A stretch of 64,000 bases of DNA from Felis catus. Its lineage: Eukaryota. Each line of letters begins with the position of its first letter. Position 1 is the first letter of the stretch. The position numbers were made by a program, and so were the translations under genes. The stretch lies in assembly GCF_018350175.1 (NCBI RefSeq), contig NC_058377.1, positions 62,558,001 through 62,622,000 of the forward strand, in the 5' to 3' direction. The notes below the pieces were generated by a model that searched no databases, had not been told where the DNA came from, and worked only from the letters and a program-made list of their open reading frames with translations. Shown in pieces: positions 1 through 11,584 of this stretch.

Positions 1-249
1 CATTTTGGGGATGGTGGCTGTGGACAAGCCCAGGTCGATGGAGTCCAACATGGCTAGGAAGTAGTACACGGGCTCATGGAGACTATGCTCAGTCTGGATC
101 ACAAACAGGACAGCAGCGTTCCCCAAGAGTGCAACAAGATACGCAAAGAAAAAGGGAAATCCAATCCAGACGTGCACATCTTCTAGCCCTGGGATACCCA
201 GGAGGAGGAACGAAGAAGGATGGAACTGGGTGTCATTAAGAATGGACAT
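1..249 (-). CDS. Olfactory receptor OR52E6/OR52E8-like, 5' part only (runs off the window)
   Basis: Reads [26 protein letters not shown]...[27 protein letters not shown], 83 codons with no stop. In-frame upstream ATG at 276. Positional counterpart of OR52E6 by recalled human gene order. Confidence 0.85.
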   Translation of the reverse strand, partial: MSILNDTQFHPSSFLLLGIPGLEDVHVWIGFPFFFAYLVALLGNAAVLFVIQTEHSLHEPVYYFLAMLDSIDLGLSTATIPKM

Positions 250-678
250 TCTCTCTGCCACTGTTGATGAGTGCATATAACAGAGTGAGATGTCAACTTC
301 TCATTAGTGATTCTTGCTCCACTTCCATCTCTTTCCTGACTCCTGGTTAAATGCAAAATAAACTTGTAATATTCATTTTCTCCCATTTCTCCCAATGTTA
401 TCAAAATTTTTATGCCACCCTTACCTGAAGATCAGAAAGCTCCAGGAATAGAGCCAATCTCTCTATTCCCCATATCATTCCCATTCATCAAAGGTTTAAT
501 AAGAAAGAGGAGAAGAATATTCATCTATCAGGTAGATCAAAGTGAGGAGTAGGAATAATACAGGTTTTTGTTCTTTGTATCTTATGGTGTTACACACACT
601 GCATTAATTTATATGAAAAATGCTTTTTCATATGTAATTCAACCCATTATCTTTTAGGGAATTTGAGGACCAGTAATG

Positions 679-709
<31 letters not shown>

Positions 710-1904
710 ATTATGTATATGCATATATATATGTAAATTTGCATGTCTATATGTGTATATTTATTTGACTGTGCATATAACTCTATTTGATTCTGAAACC
801 GAAGCCAAAAATTTACTTCTTTTTTACTCGTGCACCTAAAACTACTTCACACATACAAATTCTCAGAAAAAGATAATAACATTTATTAAATGAATAAGTC
901 ACAGGAAAGTCATAACAACAATCAGCATGCCCCAGATTATTAGTAACATAATTTCCATCTTAACTAACTCTTCCAAAAATCATCTTCATTCAGAATATTT
1001 TGGATCATGTATAAAAACAATAAAATAGAGACATTTGCATAGGAACTTTTAATGTGATAGTGAAACTTGGATTTATAAAATATTTTAAATTGAAATTATC
1101 TCATTATACACTGAATCCATAAATTTCCAAATTAATTTCAGAAGCTGTTTTGGGAAGTCTAATCAGGGATACCTAAAGAGCTTCTAGTGTTTTGAGCACT
1201 ATCCTATTCAAATCCTATCTATTCCTATTTATACAAGGAAAAGGGAGTATTACTTTGGACATCCTTGAAATTAGAGTCCAACAAAGCGGTTCTCTATTCC
1301 TTGAGGTCTTCCTGGATGTCTCCTTTTAAGGACTAAATAATAAGTAATTTATTAAGGGATTCGTTATATAGAACTAGCTTGAGCAGCAGAATGTTGGAGC
1401 TACTTATCCTGAACTAATATTTTAGGAAAATCAGGAAAAGACAAGTTCTTTATTGACTAACTTCTTGAGATAAAATGATTTTGAAAACAGTGTGTAAATG
1501 ATAGATGATTGGGATAGATGGTTGGAAACTGGCAGAGTTCATACTTGAGTGGGACTAATCAGAGATAGATGCACAGAAAAAGCATCACAGCCTGTAGTGA
1601 AGAAAGTGGTCTATGTGAGGCCTGTTTGAAGTGGCAGAAAGATGGATAAATTGAGATAGCAATTTAGATAGAAAAATTGAATAAGACCTGACTGATGCCG
1701 TCACGGTGTAGTGAGGGAAATACAAGTGAAAAGATGAAATCTGAATAAAATGTTGCATTGTGGTAGAAAAATACAGCAAATGCTGTGGGTATGAATAAGA
1801 CAAAAGAAATTCCATGAAAGAAGTAAAATGGATCAAGGACAACTTTGTGTTTCACAGACAAGCATAGGAAGTTTATTCTAGGTAGAGAGAAACACATGTA
1901 TGAT

Positions 1905-2024
1905 TTTTAGAACAGGAATCAAAATTTTTCTACCTTGTAGAAAATTTTAGAACAGGAATCAAAACAGGAATCTAAAACAGGAATCCTGTTTTAGAACAGG
2001 AATCAAAATTTTTCTACCTTGTAG
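1905..2024. repeat. Complex local duplication with internal palindrome
   Basis: 36-bp unit at 1905-1940 and 1989-2024; spacer made of AACAGGAATC pieces and a palindrome at 1971-1995. Confidence 0.9.
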
Positions 2025-2586
2025 GGTGAGTACTCTGGTTTGCCATCTAAGTCTTGGGCTCTGTGGCCATTTTTGCAATCTCTTTCAGATTCCGGATTAA
2101 TGGTTCTATCTTTAAATGAAAGCTGTCTGGGTTACTCAAGTGAACTACAGCATGAGGTTGTAGAATTGTTATGGTTTTACATCCAAAGAAGGAAGCCCAT
2201 CTTATTCTCACCCCTGATTTTCCAGGAGCATTAACCTCCTAAGAATTGGTTCCCTTCTAAGTGCTTAAACAGCTGCATTTCCAAACCAGTTAACCAACCA
2301 GTTACTTAATTCATTCCATAAGTATATGCTGATCTGTTCTATCAATATATGTTCACATACCCTCAAACCTTTGCCAGGTTCAGTGATGAGACTGGGCCCC
2401 AGCTTCTCCCCTTGAGGACCATGATTTCTAATGTCCTGAAATGAATTATATCAGACAGTCATTTTCTCAGTTCTGTATCATGTTACTCATTACTTTACCA
2501 TATTCCACAACCTCTACCTACCATACACATAAACACTATTTCATGTCCTATAACTGATAAAGAACGGAAGAAAGATTCTTTATTCC

Positions 2587-2735
2587 AGTGTTTTGTAACC
2601 AGTGGTCATTTTCTCCCTAGGGTATACTTGGCAATGTCTGGAAACATTTTGACTGTCAAAATTTGGGTGAAGTGTTACCACTGTCTAATGTGTAGGTGCC
2701 AGGGGTGCTGCTAAATATCCCACAGTGCACAGAAC
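2587..2735. mobile_element. MER20-like hAT DNA transposon fragment
   Basis: TTGGCAATGTCTGGAAACATTTTGACTGTCA...GCCAGGGGTGCTGCTAAATATCCCACAGTGCACAG resembles the recalled MER20 consensus. Confidence 0.7.
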
Positions 2736-2983
2736 TGCATAAATTTAAAGAGATATATGAACACATAGGAATGTCTGTAGCCATGATAGTATATGGGTAT
2801 ACAATTTGTAATGGCCAAAGCTTATCTGTGTATTCTCCTTATCCCTTCCCTGTATTTATGTATTTCCTGTATTTATCTTCATTATGTACTTACTTTCCTT
2901 CCTTCTCCCTATTCTAGGTTAGCATGAACTCATTCCCCATTTCCCATGCTATTTCTCACAGCCCTAACCAAAGACTACACAGC

Positions 2984-3135
2984 CTTACCTTGCTTTCCAA
3001 GTGTATTTGAGAGGGTGGACTTTGGAAACATCATCTGACATCTCTCTGGGTCCACACTTTCCTAGGCAAAGAATGGGCATTTATATTGATGCAGCTACCC
3101 TGCTTCCAGTAGGATGGGACTGTAGTCTCCCCGGG
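2984..3135 (-). promoter_or_regulatory. Candidate promoter and non-coding exon 1 of the first OR gene
   Basis: Minus strand: O/E-like TCCCCGGG near 3128-3135, TATAAA 3080-3085, donor AAG|GTAAGG (GT 2988-2987). Matching acceptor TTTGCATTTAACCAG ends at 343. Confidence 0.5.
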
Positions 3136-3619
3136 TTCTTGGCATAGACTGTGATATTCACTGGAGAGTTCTCTTAAAAGACCTCCCTGCCTTCACTAGA
3201 ACTATGGGGCAAAAGTCATTTACTTTTTCTTTCCAATGAAACTCTGTATCTTTTCTGCTTTCCAAATTAAAAGTCTAAGCTCCTGATTAACACCTGAGCT
3301 GTTAAGATTATTATCAGCTATCTTCTTCAATGACACATTCCATTAGTCCGCCCTTGCTCTTTTGGTTCTACATTATCTGTGTTACAACTTAAGTCTGATG
3401 TGTCTGTAATTCCTTTGCCCTACTCCTCATGAACTATTTTGGTGAAAGACGGATAAAGCAACAAAGATATGAGAAGCCAAGATCCTGCAAAGAAGGAAGT
3501 TCAATAAGGTGAGCCCAACTTCTTACTCATCATTACCCCACTGGTTGTTTAATGATTATAGGAGCAGGGAAAGAGGCTGATGACCAAGGCAGAGGAAAGA
3601 CACTCAGACACAAGGAAAC

Positions 3620-5450
3620 TTACAGAGCTTAGATCCATACACTCTTGTATGGTTAACTGAGCCCATCCATCCACTTTCCTAGCCTGGGTCCCAGATATCA
3701 ACGTGAAGAAACTAGCTTAGGGTCACCTACTCCATCTGTTGCAGTTCTTTAAAGCAATCTTATCCATTTCAGCTACCCCAGCTAAGACTTTACATTTCAC
3801 AGAGAAAACAAGAGCCTCCCCTAGTATGCTTTTTCTGAATTGCTGACCTATAAAATCTGTGAACATAATAAAATATATGATCTGTTGACTTTATACTATG
3901 AAGTTTTAGAGTGATTTATACATAAGAATAGAAAACCAAGAGAAAATCTGCCACCTTTAATCAGGTTCCATCTTTTTTTAAATTTTTATTTATTTAGTTT
4001 GAGAGAGAAAGAGAGACAGAGGAGGATAGGGACAGAGAGAGAGAGGGGAGAGAGAATCCCAAGCAGGCTTCACACTGTCAGCGCAGAGCCTGACACAGGG
4101 CTCAAACCCGCAAACCGTGAGATAATAACCTGAGCCAAAACCAAGAGTTGGATACTTAACCAACTGAGCCACCCAGTAATCAGGTTCCATTTTATTAAAA
4201 CCCAAAATATGTGTCATTAGTTTGACGACTGTGATAGACAGGAGATTCATAGGTCTTAAGAAGACTGTAGGTGAGGGCAGAAGAAAAGTGAGGAAGACAG
4301 AATTGAAAGCTTAGGTAAAAAGGATATTTTCTATGTGGAAATCTAAATTTGACCAAACTGTTACATTCAGTAACATGGAAAATAAAAAAAGGTTTATAAC
4401 AAACTGATAGATTTGGCCAAAGAGATTTCCAGGCAGAATGCCAAAAATGCCAGGTGGTTTCTTTTAGCTATGTATAATAAAATTTAGACAGAGAGAGACA
4501 AGTTAAAATATGAAGGAGCCAGGACTTAGTGGCTTTTAAAACCAAGTCTATTTCCATTCTCACCCTCTCCTCACTGCAAAACATTCTCAAAATAAGAAAC
4601 AGCTCCAAGGCAAAGATCATAAGAGTGTGACTGTAAAACCTTTAAGATCTCAGTGGCTTAAATTAGTTTCTCATACAGAATTTCTGACAGATTAAAAGGT
4701 TTTACAGGATGTTAGGGGCATGCCTCACAGACTCTCTTTATCAATTGTAAAGCTACTAAAAATATTAATGGCAGTACCCCTAAAGAAGCCTCACAGAAGG
4801 TCCAGATGTATCTTGAAGGGAATTCTAATTGTGGCTTTTGTTTAATGGACCAGATTTTTAAATTGACACACAAGAAACCCGCAAAATTTTAAAGCACTTA
4901 TATGAGCTTGGGATGAAAAAGACAAAAACAGTAAAAAGGAAAAGAAGACTTTGGACCACCGAATTTTGAAAGACAAGAAGGAAGTGGAGAACAATTACCA
5001 AGGTTTCAGCATGAGCTGTTTTATTTAAAAAGAAGGATGACTCAGACGGTGGAATCAAGAGCCCAGAGGGCAAAACCAAGAGCAATAAGGAATCACTTCC
5101 AGAGCGATAATCAGCAAACATGTTCTCCAGGGCCATGGGCTAGTGATTACTGTGTCTCTCTCATTTTCCCTTTATTAAATCAGAATGTCTCATGTGCTTG
5201 TGCTCTGCCTATTGTATGTTGGATATGTGCAGGGCAGGATACTTTCTGTATGAATTCACAGGTCTCTATATAAAGGTAAATAATACTCAGTGAACCAAAC
5301 ACAGAGTCTCATCTGCACCTGAAACTGATTTGGAAAGTGAGATCATGTACCTTGAGACTAAGTATGATAGTATAATGGGATAGGAACTTCTTTATGTTTG
5401 TTTGTTTGTTTACATGAAGGAGGAACATAAATAATTATGGCCTTCTGGTA
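3620..5450 (+). mobile_element. MaLR (MLT1-type) LTR plus internal sequence
   Basis: MLT1-like LTR 3' end near 3830-3941 followed by MLT1-int-like sequence; boundaries approximate. Confidence 0.55.
3972..4177 (-). mobile_element. SINEC (CanSINE)
   Basis: tRNA-derived head, (CT)n and A tail; TSD AATCAGGTTCCAT at 3959-3971 and 4178-4190. Confidence 0.95.
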
Positions 5451-5464
5451 GACTATGATTTTAT

Positions 5465-7620
5465 TTCTAATGTTTTTTAATTGTGAGAAAATACATGTAA
5501 ACTCTATCATTAGTGACATTTAGAACATATACAATGTTTTGTTACCATCACCACAACCCAGTTCCAGAGCATTTCAATCACTTCAAAAGGAAAGTGTACT
5601 CATGAAGCAGCCAGTGTATATTTCCTCCTTTTTCTCCAGATCCTGGAAACCAATTTGCTTTCTGTCACTGTGGCTTTTCCTATTCTGGGTATCATACAAT
5701 CTGTGGCCTTTGCATCTGGCTTCTTTTACTTTCCATAATGTTTTAAGGCTCATGCATGTAGTAGCATGTGCCAGTACTTCATTATTTTTTTATGGCTGAA
5801 TATTATTCAATTGTATGGTTCTACTACATGTTGTTTACCCATTCTTTAGTTGATGAACACTTGAGTTGCTTCCACCTTTTAGCAAGTAGTACCATTAAAA
5901 ACATTAGTATAGACGTTTTTGTTCAGACACCTGTTTTCAGTTCTTCTAAGTATATATCTAAGAATAGAATTGTTGGGTCATAGGTCAGTCTAGGTTTGAA
6001 TTTTAGAGAAACAACCAAGTTGTTCTCCACAACACCTGCACTATTTTACATTCCAGACAAAAATATATGAGAGATATCACTTCTCCCCATCTTCATCAAT
6101 ACTTATTTTGTCTTTAAAAAATTATTATTATAGCTTTCATTGTGTGTCTTGTGATATCTCATGCCTTTTATCTGCATTTCACTAATGACTAATGTTATCG
6201 AGCACCTTTTCAAGGGTATGTTGGCCATTTACATATCTTATGTAAAGAAATGTCTATTCAGCTTCTTTGCCCATTTTCTGATTGTGTTGCTTGTGTTTTT
6301 GTCATTGAGTTGCAAGAGTTGTTTATATATTCTAGGTACTAGACCCTTTTCAGTTATATGGCTTGCAAACATTATTTTACCATTTTACAGGTTCTCTTTT
6401 CACTCTCTTGATAGTGTCATTTGATGCATTTTTAAAATTTTGATGAAGTCCAAATTTCAATTTTTCTCTTATTTCTTGTATTTTGGTATTATGTCTAAGT
6501 AACTATTGCCAAATTCAAGGTCTCAAAGATTTACTCCTTTGTATTCTTCTAACATTTTCATATTTACAGTTCTTGTATTTAGTTCTTTGATTCATTTTCA
6601 TTTTATGTGTGTTTATGTGATGTCAGGTAAAGGTCCAACTTCATTCTTTTGCATGTGGATATCTGGTTGATCTGTTACCATTTTTAAAGAAACTATTTGC
6701 TCCTCTTTTGAATTGTCATGACCACAGATATTTGACTGTATATACTTGAGTTTGTTTCTTGAATCTCAGATCTATTCCATTCATCTATATGTCTATCCTT
6801 ATGCCAGCACCACATTGTATTAATTACCATAGCTTTGTAGGCTGTGTGAGTGTTTCAAACTAGGCAGGGTTTTTTTTAAGATTATTTTGACTATTTGGCA
6901 CCCCTTGTAATTCAATATGAATTTTAAGATCTGAGTTTCTAGTTCTGTAAAGAAGGTTGTTGAAATTTTAATAGCTTTTGCAGTGAATCTATAGAGTGCT
7001 GTGGAGACTATTACCATCTTAACAATATCGTCTTCAACCTATGGCCGAAGGATGCATTTCCATTTAATTAGTTCTTTCATTTCTTTCGTCAATGTTTTGC
7101 AATTTGCACTGTGCAAACGTTGTTTAAATGTGTTTTTAAGTATGTTATTTTTTTAATGTTACTATAAAGGGAATTGTTTTAATTTACTTTTTGTATTTTT
7201 TTATTAATAGTGTATAGAAATATATTGGTTTTGTGTGTTTCCTTCTTTTCCCTCCAACTATGCTGAATTTTTATTATTATATGACTACGAATATGTTAAT
7301 ATGGTCATTCCCTCTAATAGGTTTTTTATATGTATTGCTAATTGCTATGGCTAGAAATTTCAGTACTATGTTGAATACCAAGAATGAGAACAGGCATTCT
7401 TGTTCTGTTCCTGATCTTAGGGAAAACTGTTCCATCTTTTATCATTAAATATAATGTTAGCTGTGGATTTTTCAGATGAGATCGGATGCGTTCAGGGTGG
7501 TATGGCCGTAGACTAGCTGTGGATTTTTCAAAAATGGCCTTAATGGTAAGAAGTTCTCTTTAATTCCAATTTGCTGAGTGTTTTATTATGAAAGGGTGGC
7601 CTGTGTTCTTTAAAAAATAT
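5465..7620 (-). mobile_element. Old L1 (L1M-type) 3' UTR and ORF2 fragments
   Basis: Antisense L1 motifs such as AAATGTCTATTCAGCTTCTTTGCCCATTTT and GGTCCAACTTCATTCTTTTGCATGTGGATATC; no open frame. Confidence 0.85.
7472..7513 (-). pseudogene. 3'-truncated 5S rRNA retropseudogene (5S nt 1-42)
   Basis: Reverse complement GTCTACGGCCATACCACCCTGAACGCATCCGATCTCATCTGA is 39/42 identical to the mammalian 5S 5' end; flanked by direct repeat TAGCTGTGGATTTTT(CA). Confidence 0.95.
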
Positions 7621-8141
7621 TGACACTTCACTCATCAAAAACTGTGTTTGACTCCTCTCTCTCTGAATTGGAGGAGGTAAATAGTTGTTTAAATAAATAC
7701 AGTATGGTGAAGGTAGTGCTATATAATTTCTCAGAATCGGTTTTAATAGATCATGCAACTTGCATCTTGTATTGCTGGGAAGACTACTTGTTGGGGCCTT
7801 TGTAAGAAGGTTGATCCTGATTACACCATACTGGAGAAACCACAGGCAGTTTCTCTGGATAAGGGTTCTGGATTGAGCCCTTCAATTATCCTGGCCTAGA
7901 AAACAGACATGAGAGTAGAAATTAGTCCAAATCCCACTAGTCCCAGCCACCAGTCATATGGGTCACCCTCAACAATTTGAATGATTACAGCTAACATCCT
8001 AAACATTATGAAGCAGAGAACAGTCCTTACTTAACTTTTCTAAATTCCAAGTCAATAAAATTTATGAGATTGATTTATTTGTTTCATGCCTTCATGCTGC
8101 TAAACATAAAGTTGATTAAACAGTAATAGATAACCAAACCA
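7620..8141 (+). mobile_element. MLT1-type LTR remnant
   Basis: Ends ...AAACAGTAATAGATAACCAAACCA, a typical MLT1 terminus; resembles 3620-3941. Confidence 0.55.
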
Positions 8142-8270
8142 CTTACATTTATCTGGAATCACATGAGGCAAGGAGACAGAAAATGACATAGAAGAAATAA
8201 TTTGAAGGATTTCTGCTAACATATGATAACATATACATTATAAAACTATAGAAAGACATAATTCCATACA

Positions 8271-9655
8271 TGGTTTCCTTTGATGTGCAAAAGATTTTGT
8301 TTTGATGCTGTCCAATAGTTTATTTTTCTTTTGTTTCCTTTCCCTTAAGAGACGTATCTTGAAAAAGTTGCTATAACTAATGTTGAAGAAATTACTGCTT
8401 ATGTTCTAAGAGTTTTATGGTTTCAAGTCGCATATTTAGGTGTTTATCCATTTTGATTTTATGTTTGTGTATGGTGGCTGAAAGTGGTCCAGTTTCATTC
8501 TTTTGTATTAGCTCTTCAGTTTTCCCAGCACCATTTACTGAAGAGAGCAAAAGAAACAATCAACAAAACAAAAAGACAATGTACTACATAGGAGAAGTTA
8601 TTTCAAATGACATATGATGAAGAGTTAGTATGCAAAATATATAAAGAACTTACACAACTCATCACCAAAAAAACCCCCAAAATCCAATTAAAAATGGGCA
8701 GAAGCAAGCAGACATTTCTCCAAGTAATACACACAGATAGCCAACAGACAAGTGAAAAGAAGATCAGAGAAATACAAATCAAAACCACAATGATATATCA
8801 CTTTACATCTACCAGAATGGCTAGCCTCCAAAAGACAAGAAATAACAAGTGTTGGAGAGGATGTAAGGAAAAAGAAACCCTCATGCATGGTGGGAATTCC
8901 CTCATGTTGGTGGGAATGTAAATTGGTGCAGCCACTGTGGAAAACAGCATAGAGGTTCCTTAAAAAAATGAAAAATAGAAATACTATATGATGCAATAAT
9001 TCCACCACTGGGCATTTACCCAAAGAAAATGAGAACATTAATTTGAAAAGATATATGCATCCCTATGTTTACNNNNNNNNNNNNNNNNNNNNNNNNNNNN
9101 NNNNNNNNNNNNNNNNNNNNNNNNNNNNNNNNNNNNNNNNNNNNNNNNNNNNNNNNNNNNNNNNNNNNNNNNNNNNNNNNNNNNNNNNNNNNNNNNNNNN
9201 NNNNNNNNNNNNNNNNNNNNNNNNNNNNNNNNNNNTTATGACAACATGGATGGACCCAGAAGGCATTATGCCATATAATGTATGCCATATATTATACCAT
9301 ATAATTTTACTTATCTGTGGAATGGAAAAAAACAAATAAAAGAACAAAAAGAACAAAAAGCAGAATCACACTATGAAAACAGAGAACAGAGGGGAGGAGA
9401 CTATGTGGATATGTACAATGGGTGAAGGGGAGTGGGAGATACAGATTCCAGGTATGGAATGAATAAATCACTGGAAATAAAAGGTACAGCATAGGGAATA
9501 TAAGCAATGTTATTGTAATAGCATTGTATGGTGACAGGTGGTAGCTACATTTGTGGTGGACATAGTACAATGCATAGAGTTGTTGAATCACTAGTTGCAC
9601 ACCTGAAACTAATGTAACATTGTGTTAACTATATTCAAATAAAACAATTTTTAAA
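8271..9655 (+). mobile_element. Carnivore L1 3' end with 5' inversion (8271-8545 inverted)
   Basis: ORF2 C-terminal remnant and 3' UTR on +, preceded by an antisense ORF2 block; contains N-run 9073-9235. Confidence 0.85.
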
Positions 9656-9791
9656 AACAGCCACAAATCTCAATAATAACATATTTTTTTAAAAAAATAA
9701 CAGTATATCAAGTAACATTGTCGAAAACCAAAGACAAAAATAATTAAAAGCTTCAAGCTAAATAAGACACATTGCCTTTCAAAAGTATGAG

Positions 9792-10382
9792 TGATTTGTC
9801 TCTCTTTCTCCCCTGTTCTCATTTGTTTTGTTTCTTAAATTCCACATATGAGTGAAATCATATGGTATTTGTCCTCCTCTGACTTATTTCACTTAGAATT
9901 ATACTCTTTAGCTCTATCCATGTCANNNNNNNNNNNNNNNNNNNNNNNNNNNNNNNNNNNNNNNNNNNNNNNNNNNNNNNNNNNNNNNNNNNNNNNNNNN
10001 NNNNNNNNNNNNNNNNNNNNNNNNNNNNNNNNNNNNNNNNNNNNNNNNNNNNNNNNNNNNNNNNNNNNNNNNNNNNNNNNNNNNNNNNNNNNNGAGATAT
10101 TTCCATAATTTAGCTATTGTAGATAATGTTGCTATAAACATTGAGGTACATGTATCACAGAAACAGACTCTTGACTATAGAGAACAAACTGATGGTTACC
10201 AGAAGGGAGATGGGTGGGAAATGGGTTAAATAGGTTATGGGGATTGAGGAGTGCACTTGTAGTGATGAACACCAGGTGTCTTATGGAATTGTTAAATCAT
10301 TACATTGTACACCTGAAACTAATATTATACTGTATGTTAGCTAACTGGAATTTAAGTAAAAACTTTAAAAAATAACAAAAAA
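9792..10382 (+). mobile_element. Carnivore L1 3' end with 5' inversion (about 9792-10156 inverted)
   Basis: Antisense ORF2-end block followed by sense 3' UTR and A-rich tail; contains N-run 9926-10093. Confidence 0.85.
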
Positions 10383-10802
10383 ATATAAGGGTTTATAAAC
10401 TTATGTGTAGTAGCATGTGGGAGTAGCTATATGCTCAACTCATAAAAACTTCAGTGTATTAAAAAAAAAGTCCAGAAAGAGATAAAAAGAATCTCAAAGT
10501 GAAAACATAAACCATGCCCCAAAATGTTGAAAACACATCATAAATAAAACATACCATCGTCAATTTGGTTCCATAGAAATAACTTCTGAGATGCAGAATT
10601 TCATATACAAGATATACTGAAGAGTACTCTCAGGAATTACAGCTTTAAGGGAGCTTGTATTGGACAGAGAGAAGGGCTGACATTTAACACTATATTTTTA
10701 ATAGTTTTTCTATTTTAATATTTTAAATATTTTTCTATTTAAATTTTTCCATTTAATATTTTTTCTATTGTAATTGAGTAAACTCAGTAATTATATAATT
10801 AT

Positions 10803-11018
10803 TTAAATTTTTTTTTTTACATCTTATTTATTTTTGATAGACAGAGACAGAGCATGAGCGGGGGAGGGGCAGAGAGAGAGGGAGACACAGAATCTGAAGC
10901 AGGCTCCAGGCTCTGAGTTGTCAGCACAGAGCCCGACAAGGGGCTCAAACTCACAAACCCCGAGACCATGACCTGAGCAGAAGTTGGACGCTTAACCGAC
11001 TGAGCCACCCAGGCGCCC
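10803..11018 (-). mobile_element. SINEC_Fc-type SINE
   Basis: GGGCGCCTGGGTGGCTCAGTCGGTTAAGCGTCC head; imperfect TSD AGTMATTATATAATT. Confidence 0.95.
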
Positions 11019-11584
11019 GAGTCATTATATAATTATAATTAAATTACAAGAGTTCTCTCTATATTTTTAGACAACTCCTTTATCTTACACATGATGTATA
11101 AATATTTTCTCTCAGATTATGGCTTTCTTTTTCATTTTATTACTAGTATGCTTTGAAGAAAAAATATATATACTTTAATGAAGACCAATCAATCATTTAA
11201 AAATATTTATTGCTGCTGTTGTCATATCTATGAAATTTTATGTGAACAATATTACAAATAATTTTATGTTGGTTATTATACTTTAGCTCTTGTCTTTAGG
11301 TCTCTGTTCCATTGTAGGTTAATTTTTTCTATGATGTAAAGTAAGGGTCTAAATTAATCTATTTGCATGTGGATATCCAATTATAGCAATCTGGTATCAT
11401 CAATGCACATATTATTAACTTCAAATATAAAACCTGCCACTCAAACACAATTAATGTTATTGGTCTCAATATTCCCCTCAATTTTTCCTCCTTCCTACTG
11501 GGTTAGACATAAGGTAACTAACTCTAATTTTCACAATGCAGGAAACGTGAAATCTAAAACAGACCTTCCAAGACCTCTGACTAG

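Noticed and set aside
1905-2024. Repeat-spacer pattern resembling CRISPR
   Set aside because: Mammalian DNA, no unique spacers and no cas genes.
10817-11008. Family of similar short ORFs (MAQSVKRPTSAQVM...)
   Set aside because: All are translations of SINEC elements.
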